Under the pieces are notes generated by a model. That model was not told the origin of the DNA. It made no database searches and saw only the letters and a list, made by a program, of their open reading frames with translations. This document shows positions 38,611 to 47,596 of a stretch of DNA of 64,000 nucleotides, piece by piece. Position numbers and translations under genes: made by a program. Numbering within the stretch: position 1 is the first letter of the stretch; the number at the start of each line of letters is the position of its first letter. Source of the stretch: Vulcanimicrobiota bacterium (GTDB taxonomy: Bacteria > Vulcanimicrobiota > Vulcanimicrobiia > Vulcanimicrobiales > Vulcanimicrobiaceae); the NCBI GenBank assembly GCA_963733295.1, contig CAVTCS010000003.1, forward strand, positions 2,688,001 through 2,752,000, in the 5' to 3' direction.

Positions 38611-39594
38611 ATGAAGGCGATTACGGTCGAACGTCCCGGCGGCCCCGAAGTGCTGCGCCTGGCTGAAGTGCCCAAACCCGAGCCGCAAGCGGGCCAAGTG
38701 CTCGTCAAAATCGCGGCCTCCGGCATCAATTACATCGACGTCTATTTCCGCAACGGCCACTATAAGGCGCCGCACCTGCCGTTCACGCCGGGCATGGAAG
38801 CGGCCGGCATCGCGGAGAGCGTCGGTCCGGGCGTTACGGCGTTCAAGCCCGGCGACCACGTCGCGTACCCGTCAGCGCTGGGCGCGTATGCGGAATACGC
38901 CGTCGTGCCCGCCGACAGGCTCGTGCACGTTCCCACCGGCGTTTCGCTGCGCGACGCGGCGGCGCTGATGCTGCAAGGCATGACCGCTCACTATCTCGTG
39001 AACAGCACCTTTGCGCTCGCGGCCAAACAGACGGCGCTCGTTCAAGCGGGCGCCGGGGGGGTCGGACTCTTGCTGACGCAACTTGCGAAAGCGAAAGGCG
39101 CGACCGTCATCACGACCGTCTCGACCGCCGAGAAAGCGCGTCTCTCAAAGGAAGCCGGCGCCGACCACGTCATCAATTATACGAAGGAAGACTTAGCCGC
39201 GCGCGCGCGGGAGATCACCGGCGGCGAAGGGGTCGACGTGGTCTACGATTCCGTCGGTAAAACGACGTTCGAGAAGAGCCTCGACTCGTTGCGCCCGCGC
39301 GGGATGCTCGTGCTATTCGGCGCCTCGAGCGGGCCGCCGCCGGCCTTCGATCCGCAAGTCTTGGCGTCCAAAGGCAGCCTCTTTCTCACGCGCCCGACGC
39401 TGGTCAACTACATCGCGACGCGCGAGGATCTGGAGTGGCGCGCTCGCGACTTGTTCGCGCTCGTTCTCGAGGGCAAGCTCAAACTGCGCGCGGAGCACGA
39501 GTATCCGTTGGCCGACGCGGCTCGCGCCCACTCCGACCTCGAAGGGCGCGTCACGACGGGGAAGCTGCTGCTCGTTCCGGCAGGCTCAGCCTAG
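38611..39594 (+). CDS. qor: NADPH:quinone oxidoreductase (zeta-crystallin family)
   Basis: GGPEVL, GINYIDVYFR, PGMEAAG, GAGGVG, VVYDSVG, KGSLFLTRP motifs. Confidence 0.93.
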   Translation: MKAITVERPGGPEVLRLAEVPKPEPQAGQVLVKIAASGINYIDVYFRNGHYKAPHLPFTPGMEAAGIAESVGPGVTAFKPGDHVAYPSALGAYAEYAVVPADRLVHVPTGVSLRDAAALMLQGMTAHYLVNSTFALAAKQTALVQAGAGGVGLLLTQLAKAKGATVITTVSTAEKARLSKEAGADHVINYTKEDLAARAREITGGEGVDVVYDSVGKTTFEKSLDSLRPRGMLVLFGASSGPPPAFDPQVLASKGSLFLTRPTLVNYIATREDLEWRARDLFALVLEGKLKLRAEHEYPLADAARAHSDLEGRVTTGKLLLVPAGSA

Positions 39595-39641
39595 CCGAAT
39601 CGGTGGTGCGCGAATCGCGCTCCACCCATCATACTTGGCAC

Positions 39642-40562
39642 ATGAGTACGAATGAACCGGGCGCGCTCGCCGCGCTCTCCAGCGAATTGGCTTCGGCGGT
39701 CGAACGCATCGCGTCGTCGCTCGTCTACGTCGATGCCGACCGGCGCCGCGATTCGAGCGGCGTCGTTTGGGACGAGCACACGATCGTCACGACCGATCAC
39801 GCGCTCGAGCGCGACGAGGATATCGAACTCGTTCTCCCCGACGGCCGGCGTGCGCGGGCGTCAATCGCCGGGCGCGACCCGTCGACCGACCTCGCGCTGC
39901 TGGCAACCGACGCGAGCCTCGTGCCGGCTCGGCGCGCCGACGCCGGTGCGCTGCGGGTAGGAAACATCGTGCTCGCGGTCGGACGCGACGAAGACGGTCA
40001 ACCGGCGGCGAGCATGGGCGTGATCAGCGCGCTCGACGGCCCGTGGCGCACCTGGCGCGGCGGCGACATCGATCGCTTCATCCGCCCCGACCTTTCGCTG
40101 TATCCCGGGCTTTCGGGTGGAGCGCTCGCCGACGCGGGCGGCGCGCTGCTGGGTCTCAACACGTGGGGCCTTTCGCGCCGCATGGCGCTCACGATTCCCA
40201 ACTCGACGATCGAACGCGTCGTCGCGCAACTGCAAGCGGGCGGCTCGATTCGGCGAGGTTACCTCGGCATCGCGTTGCAACCGGTGCGCTTGCCCGAATC
40301 GCTGCAACGTGCGCTCGGCATCAGCCAAGAAGGTGCGGTCATCGTCGTCGACGTGGCCGCGGACGGACCCGCCGAGAAAGCCGGCGTGCTGATCGGCGAC
40401 GTTCTCGTCCATCTCGGGACGCAGCCGCTCGAGGACGCCGACGACGTGCAGCGCGCGCTGGGTAACGATAGCGTCGGCAAGGCGCTCGCGCTGCGCTTCG
40501 TGCGTGCCGGCGAGGCGCGCGAGCTAGCGGTCACGATCGAGGAGCGGCCGCAGGATGATTAA
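39642..40562 (+). CDS. S1C (HtrA-like) serine protease with PDZ domain, no signal peptide
   Basis: TDH, TDLA and PGLSGG triad motifs, GYLGI PDZ loop. Confidence 0.87.
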   Translation: MSTNEPGALAALSSELASAVERIASSLVYVDADRRRDSSGVVWDEHTIVTTDHALERDEDIELVLPDGRRARASIAGRDPSTDLALLATDASLVPARRADAGALRVGNIVLAVGRDEDGQPAASMGVISALDGPWRTWRGGDIDRFIRPDLSLYPGLSGGALADAGGALLGLNTWGLSRRMALTIPNSTIERVVAQLQAGGSIRRGYLGIALQPVRLPESLQRALGISQEGAVIVVDVAADGPAEKAGVLIGDVLVHLGTQPLEDADDVQRALGNDSVGKALALRFVRAGEARELAVTIEERPQDD

Positions 40563-41115
40563 CGCGCTGCCGGGTTTCGCACCGCTCGCCGAACGGCTGC
40601 AAGCTTCGACCGTGCGCGTCGGGGACGGACGGCGCGGTGCGGGTTCGGGCGTCGTGTGGTCGATGGACGGACTGGTGATGACGAACGCCCACGTCGCGCG
40701 CGGGCGTTCGGCAACCGTTACCTTCCACGACGGGCGTCGCGCGAGCGCGCGCGTGATCGCGCGCGACGTCGAGCGCGATCTGGCCGCGCTTCGCCTCGAG
40801 AACGTGGTGCCCTTTGCCCTCCGCGTGGCGGGCGTGCGCGATGCAGCGACGCTGCGCGTCGGCGAGCTCGTCTTCGCGGTCGGGAATCCCTTCGGCTTGG
40901 TCGGCGCCATGACCGCCGGAATAGTTCAGCGCCTAAGCGACCGCTTCGTGATCGCGGACCTGCGCTTGGAACCGGGGAACTCGGGCGGTCCGCTGGCCGA
41001 CTCGCAAGGCCGCATCGTGGGCATCAACAGCATGGTCGCGCGCGGTCTGGCGCTGGCCGTTCCGAGCGGCGCCGTCACCGCTTTCCTGCACGACGTGTAC
41101 GCCTCGGCCGCATGA
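40555..41115 (+). CDS. Trypsin-like S1C serine protease without PDZ
   Basis: GSGV, TNAHV, DLA, GNPFG, PGNSGGPL motifs. Confidence 0.87.
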   Translation: MINALPGFAPLAERLQASTVRVGDGRRGAGSGVVWSMDGLVMTNAHVARGRSATVTFHDGRRASARVIARDVERDLAALRLENVVPFALRVAGVRDAATLRVGELVFAVGNPFGLVGAMTAGIVQRLSDRFVIADLRLEPGNSGGPLADSQGRIVGINSMVARGLALAVPSGAVTAFLHDVYASAA

Positions 41116-41717
41116 TCCGGACGCTCGTTTCGGCGAGTTCGGCACTCGCGCGCGCAGGTTTGGCAGCCGCGCTGCGGGGCGATTCGCGCGTCAGCGTCGT
41201 CGGCGAAGCAGCACCGGGCGAATTCGCGCGTTTGGCCGCGGCGCTCGAGCCCGACGTCGTCGTGGAGCGCCGCGAAGGCAGCGGAGAAACGCTCGGCTTT
41301 CCCGCGGTGGTCCTGGTCGACGACCCGCGCTACGCGTGGAGCAGCGAAGCCGGCCAATACTCCGGCGAGCGCGCCGCACGCGCGATCCTCTCGCGCGACG
41401 CGTCACCCGAGGAGATCGTGGCGGCGGTCGTCGCCGTCGCGGCGGGCCTCGTCGCGGTGCAGCCGCAAACCCTCGCCCACGCGACCGCGGGCTTCGAGGC
41501 GCCGAATCGCGTCAGGGCCGACGCGCTTTCCACCCGCGAGATCGAAGTTCTCGCGCAGCTGGCGCGCGGGGCCGCGAACAAGAAAATCGCCGGGGCGCTC
41601 GGAATCTCCGAACATACGGTAAAATTCCACATCGCTTCCATCTTCGCAAAGCTCGGCGCCTCCAGCCGCACCCAGGCCGTCACCCAGGGAGTGCGCCTCG
41701 GGCTGATCATGCTCTAA
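41112..41717 (+). CDS. NarL/LuxR-type regulator with degenerate receiver domain
   Basis: LSTREIEVL...NKKIA..LGISEHTVKFH...SRTQAV HTH. ATGA overlap. Confidence 0.88.
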   Translation: MIRTLVSASSALARAGLAAALRGDSRVSVVGEAAPGEFARLAAALEPDVVVERREGSGETLGFPAVVLVDDPRYAWSSEAGQYSGERAARAILSRDASPEEIVAAVVAVAAGLVAVQPQTLAHATAGFEAPNRVRADALSTREIEVLAQLARGAANKKIAGALGISEHTVKFHIASIFAKLGASSRTQAVTQGVRLGLIML

Positions 41718-41738
41718 TTCGAAAAAGGGGATCGTCCA

Positions 41739-42590
41739 ATGGCTAGTCCGGCACCGCAGATCCTGCTCCAAACGACGATCCCGCTGCTGCCCGACGATTG
41801 GCACATCGGCCGTTTCTCGCTCCTGCGCGAGCATCTCGCCGGCTTGAGAAATTCCGACGGGTCGCCGCGCTACGAAGTGCTCGCGCGCAACCTCGAGCGC
41901 GAGGACGACGGCACCGATCCGGTGCTGCGCGATCTCGGCTCGTCCGACATCGCGGAACTGTGGCTCTTCGCGGTCGACACCGTCGACGGACTGTCCGACG
42001 CGGAAGCCGCCGGGATCGTAGCGTTCAGGCGACGCGGCGGCGGCGTCTTGTTCGCGCGCGACCACCAGGATGTGGATCCGTCTCTCTCGAGCCTCGGCTC
42101 GCTCGGCCGCGTCAATTCCCCCGACGCCGGCTATCGTTCCGGAAACGTCGGCGACTACCAAACGATCGTTCCGCTCGACCCCGTCCACGATCTGTTGCGC
42201 AGCGCGAAAGCGCCCGGCGGCATCATCAAGCAGTTCCCCGCAAATCCGCACGAAGGCGCCGTCGACACCGCTGGTTTGACGCAAGCGCGCGCGATCGCGA
42301 CCGGTACGAGCCAACCGGGCGGTACGTTCGACATCGCGGTCGTCCTCGAGAACGACGTCGACGAGCACGGCGGCAAGCTCGGGCGCGCCATCGCCGAATC
42401 GACGTACCGCCACTTCTGCGACTACAACTGGAACGTTGCCTCCGGCGCTCCGAGTACCGCCCGGGATTCGTCCGGCGACGGAATCGCGAAAGACCCCGCA
42501 ACCCTCGAGATCTATAAAGACTACATCACGAACTTAGCCGGCTGGCTGTGCGGCGCTCCGCCCCACCACTGGTGGTCGCGCCCGGTGTAG
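41739..42590 (+). CDS. Hypothetical protein (possible class I GATase-like fold)
   Basis: SD GGGGA, typical codon usage, LWLFAVD...LSDAE...FRRRGGGVLFARDH pattern. Confidence 0.7.
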   Translation: MASPAPQILLQTTIPLLPDDWHIGRFSLLREHLAGLRNSDGSPRYEVLARNLEREDDGTDPVLRDLGSSDIAELWLFAVDTVDGLSDAEAAGIVAFRRRGGGVLFARDHQDVDPSLSSLGSLGRVNSPDAGYRSGNVGDYQTIVPLDPVHDLLRSAKAPGGIIKQFPANPHEGAVDTAGLTQARAIATGTSQPGGTFDIAVVLENDVDEHGGKLGRAIAESTYRHFCDYNWNVASGAPSTARDSSGDGIAKDPATLEIYKDYITNLAGWLCGAPPHHWWSRPV

Positions 42591-42607
42591 CGTCAAGCGC
42601 ACCCGAA

Positions 42608-42946
42608 TTATTTATCGGTTAAGTTCTCGAACTCGACGTCGAAGCTGCGCTTACCGGGCTGGTCGACGATCCGCACGTGGAACCCCAGGCTGCGCATGCA
42701 ATCTCGCATCGCCTCGAGTTCGTGAAAATACTCGGACGTATCTTGGATCGTGTCCAGACCGATCGAGCGCGCCTGACAGAGCCCGATCGCCTCGTGACGC
42801 TCGCGCGTTTCGGCGGCCGTCAGACCTTTGGGCGGCGGCAAAAACTTGGAGCGCTCGACGGATAGGAACGCCAAGAGAGGCACGTCGACGAACACCAGCG
42901 AGAGCAGTCCAATGAGAATCAGGCGGACGACCCGGCGTCGCGTCAC
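42608..42946 (-). CDS. Small membrane-anchored hypothetical protein
   Basis: N-terminal TM helix, two Cys (C...CMRSLGF). Confidence 0.6.
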   Translation of the reverse strand: MTRRRVVRLILIGLLSLVFVDVPLLAFLSVERSKFLPPPKGLTAAETRERHEAIGLCQARSIGLDTIQDTSEYFHELEAMRDCMRSLGFHVRIVDQPGKRSFDVEFENLTDK

Positions 42947-43071
42947 CCTAGGAACCGCGGATCCTTAGATAAGGCTCGCCAGCTGCGCAATGACTCTCCC
43001 TCGCCTCGGATCCGATCATTTTATAACGGGTGGACCTTCCCTAGGACCACTTCGTGCCGTAGGCTGTCTCC

Positions 43072-43782
43072 ATGGAAGCGATGAACGTCGTGGAGCTGCG
43101 CCGCTATGTCCTCAAACCGGGACGGCGCGACGAGCTGATCGACCTCTACGAGCGCAACTTCATCGAACTGCAAGAAGCCTGCGGAATGCTGCCGAGCGGC
43201 CATTTCCGCGACCTCGACGACTCCGATCGTTTCGTCTGGTTTCGCGAGTTTCCGGATATGCCCGCGCGACGAAAAGCGTTGACGGCCTTCTACGTCGATT
43301 CGGCCGGGTGGCGAGAAAATCGCGACGCCGCCAATGCGACGCTCGTCGATACCGATAACGTCCTCTTGCTGCGGCCCGCGCGTCCGCAGAGTGGCTTCGA
43401 CCACCGAGGCCTGCAACGCGCGGAGTCAACGCAGTCCACCGGATCCCAGAGGTTCGTTGCGGTAGCGGTGCTCATGCTGGACGCGCCGGCGGGCGAGCCG
43501 TTCGTCGCCGAGTTCGAACGCGAAGTGCTCGGAGGGCTCGCGCGCGACGCGGACCGGATGGCGTATTTCGTCACGGAAGAACGACCCAATGACTTTCCGC
43601 GCCTTCCCGTTCGCGAACGCGAATGGGCCTTCGTCGTCACCGGTTCGTGCGCGGATGAGGCGTCGTTGCAACGCTGGCTGAGCAGGTTCGAGAGCGCTCG
43701 TTTGCCCGAGCCGATGCGGAACCGGATCGTCGCGTACGAGAGCTTACGGCTGAAACCCGCGACGCGCTCGCTGCTGCGCTAG
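43072..43782 (+). CDS. NIPSNAP family protein
   Basis: VELRRYVLKPGRRD, DRFVWFR, NVLLLRP, LKPATRSLLR motifs. Confidence 0.85.
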   Translation: MEAMNVVELRRYVLKPGRRDELIDLYERNFIELQEACGMLPSGHFRDLDDSDRFVWFREFPDMPARRKALTAFYVDSAGWRENRDAANATLVDTDNVLLLRPARPQSGFDHRGLQRAESTQSTGSQRFVAVAVLMLDAPAGEPFVAEFEREVLGGLARDADRMAYFVTEERPNDFPRLPVREREWAFVVTGSCADEASLQRWLSRFESARLPEPMRNRIVAYESLRLKPATRSLLR

Positions 43783-43812
43783 CCGTACTCCAAAACTGCG
43801 CGCTCGAGCCGG

Positions 43813-43842
43813 TTGACAATCGAACGTATGTTCGATTACTAT
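43813..43842 (+). promoter_or_regulatory. SOS promoter with LexA (Cheo-type) box upstream of imuA
   Basis: TTGACA-ATCGAACGTATGTTCGAT-TACTAT; box CGAAC-N4-GTTCG at 43821-43834. Confidence 0.9.
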
Positions 43843-43850
43843 GACCTCCC

Positions 43851-44651
43851 ATGCTCTCCCCTAGCCTCCCAACCGATCGCCGTGAAGTCCTCGCCGGACT
43901 GCGGACGGCGCTCGCGGCGGGCTATGGAAGCGCTACTCCCGAGAGCTTCACTGCGGCCGGGGAAAGCCTCATCTGCAGCGGCCTGGGGGAACTCGACGCG
44001 GCCCTCGGGGGCGGGTTTCCGCGAGGCATCCTGGCCACGCTCGAAGGGGCGCCGGGATCGGGGCGATCGACCGTAGCCGCGCGCTTGCTGGCGATCGCCA
44101 CCTGCACCGGCCTGGCCGCGCTCCTCGAGTCGCCTGCGGGATCCGACGGGTCGTTCTATCCGCCGGCGCTCGCCGCGGCGGGTGTCGATCTGGAACGCCT
44201 GCTCGTCGTTCCCGCCGAAAGCGCGAACGGCATCGCGCGCGCGACCGACATCCTCTTGCGAGCCGGCGCCTTCGGCGTCATCGTCATTCCGGCAATCGCG
44301 TTGAGTTCGACTGCGTGGACGCGTTTGGCGAGCTTGACGCACCGCGCCAACGCGCTCGTCGTCGCACTCGGCGACGCATCCGACGAATTGCGCTACTTCG
44401 CGACTCTGCGCGTGCGTTGCCGGCCGGTGCGCGCGCGCTTCGCGGGAACGTCGGGTCTCTTCAACGCGCTGGTGGAAACCGGTTTCGAAGCGACGGTCCT
44501 CAAACACAAGCGCGCCGCACCCGGAAAGCGCGCGCTCGTCGACTGCGCGACGTTCGAGCGCGACGGCGCACTCCTCGTCCCGCTCCGCGAACGCGTTCTC
44601 ATGGAAAATTCCTTGCAGCGCATCTTTGGGGAGAGGACACTTGCGCTATGA
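43851..44651 (+). CDS. imuA: ImuA-like RecA-fold mutagenesis protein
   Basis: SGLGELDAALGGGFPRG, Walker A variant GAPGSGRST, FYPPALAAAGVDLERLLVV. SOS box and imuB/dnaE2 context. Confidence 0.85.
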   Translation: MLSPSLPTDRREVLAGLRTALAAGYGSATPESFTAAGESLICSGLGELDAALGGGFPRGILATLEGAPGSGRSTVAARLLAIATCTGLAALLESPAGSDGSFYPPALAAAGVDLERLLVVPAESANGIARATDILLRAGAFGVIVIPAIALSSTAWTRLASLTHRANALVVALGDASDELRYFATLRVRCRPVRARFAGTSGLFNALVETGFEATVLKHKRAAPGKRALVDCATFERDGALLVPLRERVLMENSLQRIFGERTLAL

Positions 44652-45520
44652 CCCGTACCGCGTTGCGCACGCTCCTGTTCTTCATCGTCGTCGCGATCCT
44701 CGCCGTCATCAGCGGGTTTCTCGTCCCGCTGCGGGTCAGCGCGGGCGCCGCCCCGGCCGCCACCTTCGAGTTCGACGGCCTCGAGCGCACGTACCGGGTT
44801 TTCCGGCCCGCAGCGCTCGCGAGCGCGGCACCCGTACCGCTGGTCGTGATGCTGCACGGCGGTTTCGGTACCGGGCTCCAAGCCGAAAAATCTTATCATT
44901 GGGATGAGGAGGCGGCGCGCTTCGGCTTCGTCGTCCTCTATCCCGACGGAATCCGGCGTGCTTGGAATGCGGGCATTTGCTGCGGCGCGCCGCAGCGGAA
45001 CAACGTCGACGACGTCGGCTTCTTGAGCGCACTCATCGAACGAGTCGCGCGCGACCAAAACGTCGACCGGAGCCGCATCTACCTGACGGGCATTTCGAAC
45101 GGGGCGATGATGGCATACCGGATGGCGTGCGAAGCGCCGCTCGACATCGCAGCGATCGGACCGGTCGCCGGAACGCTTCCGGTATCGTGCGCGCAAGCGA
45201 AGCCCACCTCGGCGCTGGCGATCCACGGTCTCCTCGACAAACTCGTCCCGTTCGAAGGCGGCGCGGCGAGCGTCGCGCACTGGCGCAAAATCGACCGATG
45301 TGCGGCGCCGGCCGTAAGCAGCTCCGGCAGCGTGACCGAATCGCGAGCGGCGTGCGCGCAAGGCCGTGCGGTCGAACTCATCGCGATCGCGGGAGTGGGT
45401 CACCAATGGCCCGGAAGCGTCCCGCCCCCCGCGTTCTTGCAACCGTGGATGGGTCCGCCGAGTACCGCGCTCGATGCGACCGCAACGCTCTGGCAATTTT
45501 TTAGCGCACATCGTTCGTAA
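44648..45520 (+). CDS. Secreted PHB-depolymerase/LpqC-like esterase
   Basis: N-terminal signal/TM, PLVVMLHG, WNAGICC, DDVGF, nucleophile GISNG, GHQWPG. Confidence 0.87.
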   Translation: MTRTALRTLLFFIVVAILAVISGFLVPLRVSAGAAPAATFEFDGLERTYRVFRPAALASAAPVPLVVMLHGGFGTGLQAEKSYHWDEEAARFGFVVLYPDGIRRAWNAGICCGAPQRNNVDDVGFLSALIERVARDQNVDRSRIYLTGISNGAMMAYRMACEAPLDIAAIGPVAGTLPVSCAQAKPTSALAIHGLLDKLVPFEGGAASVAHWRKIDRCAAPAVSSSGSVTESRAACAQGRAVELIAIAGVGHQWPGSVPPPAFLQPWMGPPSTALDATATLWQFFSAHRS

Positions 45521-45526
45521 CGCGCC

Positions 45527-47017
45527 GTGCCGATCATCTGCGCGCTGGTCCCGGCTTATAAAGTCGAGATCGCGCGGCTGAACGAGGTTGCTTTGCGCGA
45601 AATGCCGGTGATCGTGGTCGACCGTCTCGAGCGCGGACACGCGCTCGACCTCGACGGTGCCGCCTTCGCGCTCGGCGCGCGCCGCGGAATGACGCTGCTC
45701 GCGGCGAGCGCCGGCGCGCGCGAAGCCGGGATCGTGGTCGACGACCCGAAACGCAACGCGTGCGTCTGGGAGCGCGTCCTGGACGCACTCGACGCGGCTT
45801 CGCCGTTGATCGAAGATGCGGGCGAAGGAATCGCATTTCTCGAGATGCGCGGCATTGCCGGAACGCCCGAACGCTGGATCGCGACGGTGCGTGAGGCGCT
45901 CGCCGCCGACGAAACGATCGCCGGACTGTCCTTTCGCATCGGTCTGGGGAGCAATTCGTTCGTAGCCCGGGCGGCGGCGCTCGTGCGCGACGGCACGATC
46001 GTGCGACCCGGCGAAGAAGCCGCCTTCGTCGCACCGCTTCCGCTCGAGGTGCTCGAGATCGAAGCGGCGTTCGTCGAGCGTTTGCATTTGCTCGGCGTGC
46101 GCGCGCTCGGCACGCTCGCCGCGCTTCCGCACGGACCCTTCGTGCGGCGCTTCGGACCCGAAGCGGCGCGCTGGCACGCCCGCGCCTGCGGTCGCGATGC
46201 GGCGCCGCTCGTGCCGCGCCCGCGCCGTTTGCGCATCGATCGATCGCTCTACGGTGAAGGTAGCGCCGAACGTGAAGATCAGTTGCTCTTCGCGTTGCGT
46301 ACGCTCGTCACGCGCGTTGCCGACGACGTTTCGTTCGCCGGGAAACGCTGCGGCTGTTTGCGTTTAGAACTCGAGTGCGAGGACGGCGAGAAACTCGAAT
46401 TGCCGATCTCGCTGGCGCAACCGACCTCTGTGGGCAGTACGATGTTCGAACTTTTACGCGCGCGTCTCGACGGTTTCAAACTGGCCGCGCCGGTCATCGG
46501 CCTCAAGCTGGGCGCCGAGCGGCTCGAAGAAGGCGGCACGACGCTCGCGCTGTTTGCGGGAGACGATCCCGACCCGGAAGCCGTCGCGATCGCGCTGGCC
46601 CGGCTCGAGGCGGCGCTCGGACCTCAGCATGCACTGCGTGCGCGCGTGGTTGCGGGGAACCGCCCCGAAAGCCGCTACGCCTACGAGCCCTTCGATGCGG
46701 CGAGCCTCGCGCGCGACCCTCGAGTCCGGCCGGTGCGCGCAGCGCGCGGTGCGTGCGGAACGCTCGCCTATCGCGTGCTCGCGCCGCGCGAAATCGCGGT
46801 GCGGCTCGAGCGCGGCCGGCCGGCTTGCGTCAAAGGACGTGCCGTCCTCGACGTCGCCGGACCTTGGCGCGTCGACGAGGCATGGTGGGCCGACGCGCTC
46901 GACGCCGGCGTAACCCCGTACGCGAGCGACGCTTACGACGTGCTCCTCGAGGACGGTGCATTGCTCCGCATCGTGTGCGAATCCGAACGCTGGTACTTGC
47001 GCGGAACGTACGACTAA
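45527..47017 (+). CDS. imuB: ImuB, catalytically inactive Y-family polymerase
   Basis: Y-family layout lacking catalytic acidic residues, LHLLGVRALG, clamp-like motif LALF, C-terminal GPWR..EAWW...WYLRGTYD. Confidence 0.88.
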   Translation: MPIICALVPAYKVEIARLNEVALREMPVIVVDRLERGHALDLDGAAFALGARRGMTLLAASAGAREAGIVVDDPKRNACVWERVLDALDAASPLIEDAGEGIAFLEMRGIAGTPERWIATVREALAADETIAGLSFRIGLGSNSFVARAAALVRDGTIVRPGEEAAFVAPLPLEVLEIEAAFVERLHLLGVRALGTLAALPHGPFVRRFGPEAARWHARACGRDAAPLVPRPRRLRIDRSLYGEGSAEREDQLLFALRTLVTRVADDVSFAGKRCGCLRLELECEDGEKLELPISLAQPTSVGSTMFELLRARLDGFKLAAPVIGLKLGAERLEEGGTTLALFAGDDPDPEAVAIALARLEAALGPQHALRARVVAGNRPESRYAYEPFDAASLARDPRVRPVRAARGACGTLAYRVLAPREIAVRLERGRPACVKGRAVLDVAGPWRVDEAWWADALDAGVTPYASDAYDVLLEDGALLRIVCESERWYLRGTYD

Positions 47018-47061
47018 GGCGCGCAAGGCGGTAAATCCAGCCGCTCGTGCAAAGCAGCGGC

Positions 47062-47580
47062 ATGCGTAAGCTCTTGGTGCTGGCCGCCGGGATCGCGTGG
47101 CTCGGCGCCTCGCCCGCGCCCGGCGCCTCACCGCTTGCCGAAGCGAGCTGTCCGCACGCGGCGCCGGAAGTCGACGCCTACGACGCGCTCGCGATGAGCC
47201 CCGGCGTCCCCGCGGACGACGTCATCGCAGCAGCGCTCGACGCCTCGGGAGCGTACGACAGGTGCGCGGCCTTCGCCAGCACGCGCGGCTACGTCGAAGA
47301 TCTGCACTACGCACAAGTTCGCTCCGCACGCTATCACTACGCGGCGGGCCGGCTGTATTTCTCATCCGGCGACTACGCCCAAGCGCGACGCGAACTCGGC
47401 ATCGCGCGCGCACTCGTTGCGGACACGATCGATTGGATGCATCCCTCCGCCTCGAAGTACCGCGCCGAGGCACTCGCCGTGCGCGACGATGCCGGCGCAC
47501 TGCTCGCGAAGATCCCGTTGCCGACCGGCATCTCGACCGCCCCCGCGAGGACGCCGGCGACGACGCCCGCGCCGCAGTGA
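47062..47580 (+). CDS. Secreted helical (TPR-like) hypothetical protein
   Basis: Signal peptide, AGRLYFSSGDYAQARREL TPR-like repeat, Pro/Thr tail. Confidence 0.65.
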   Translation: MRKLLVLAAGIAWLGASPAPGASPLAEASCPHAAPEVDAYDALAMSPGVPADDVIAAALDASGAYDRCAAFASTRGYVEDLHYAQVRSARYHYAAGRLYFSSGDYAQARRELGIARALVADTIDWMHPSASKYRAEALAVRDDAGALLAKIPLPTGISTAPARTPATTPAPQ

Positions 47581-47596
47581 ACGCAGGCTGCGCCGG

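Noticed and set aside
35994..38729. 911-aa minus-strand ORF, and similar long antisense ORFs such as 20627-22789 and 23584-25041
   Set aside because: Shadows of well-supported opposite-strand genes in high-GC DNA, with no recognisable motifs.
43813..44076. ORF-track peptide starting MTIERMFDYYD, echoed near 48400
   Set aside because: It is a translation of the duplicated promoter/operator, not a gene.
43851..44651. Calling this gene recA or radA
   Set aside because: Too short, Walker A Lys replaced by Arg, no RecA signature motifs; the context fits ImuA.
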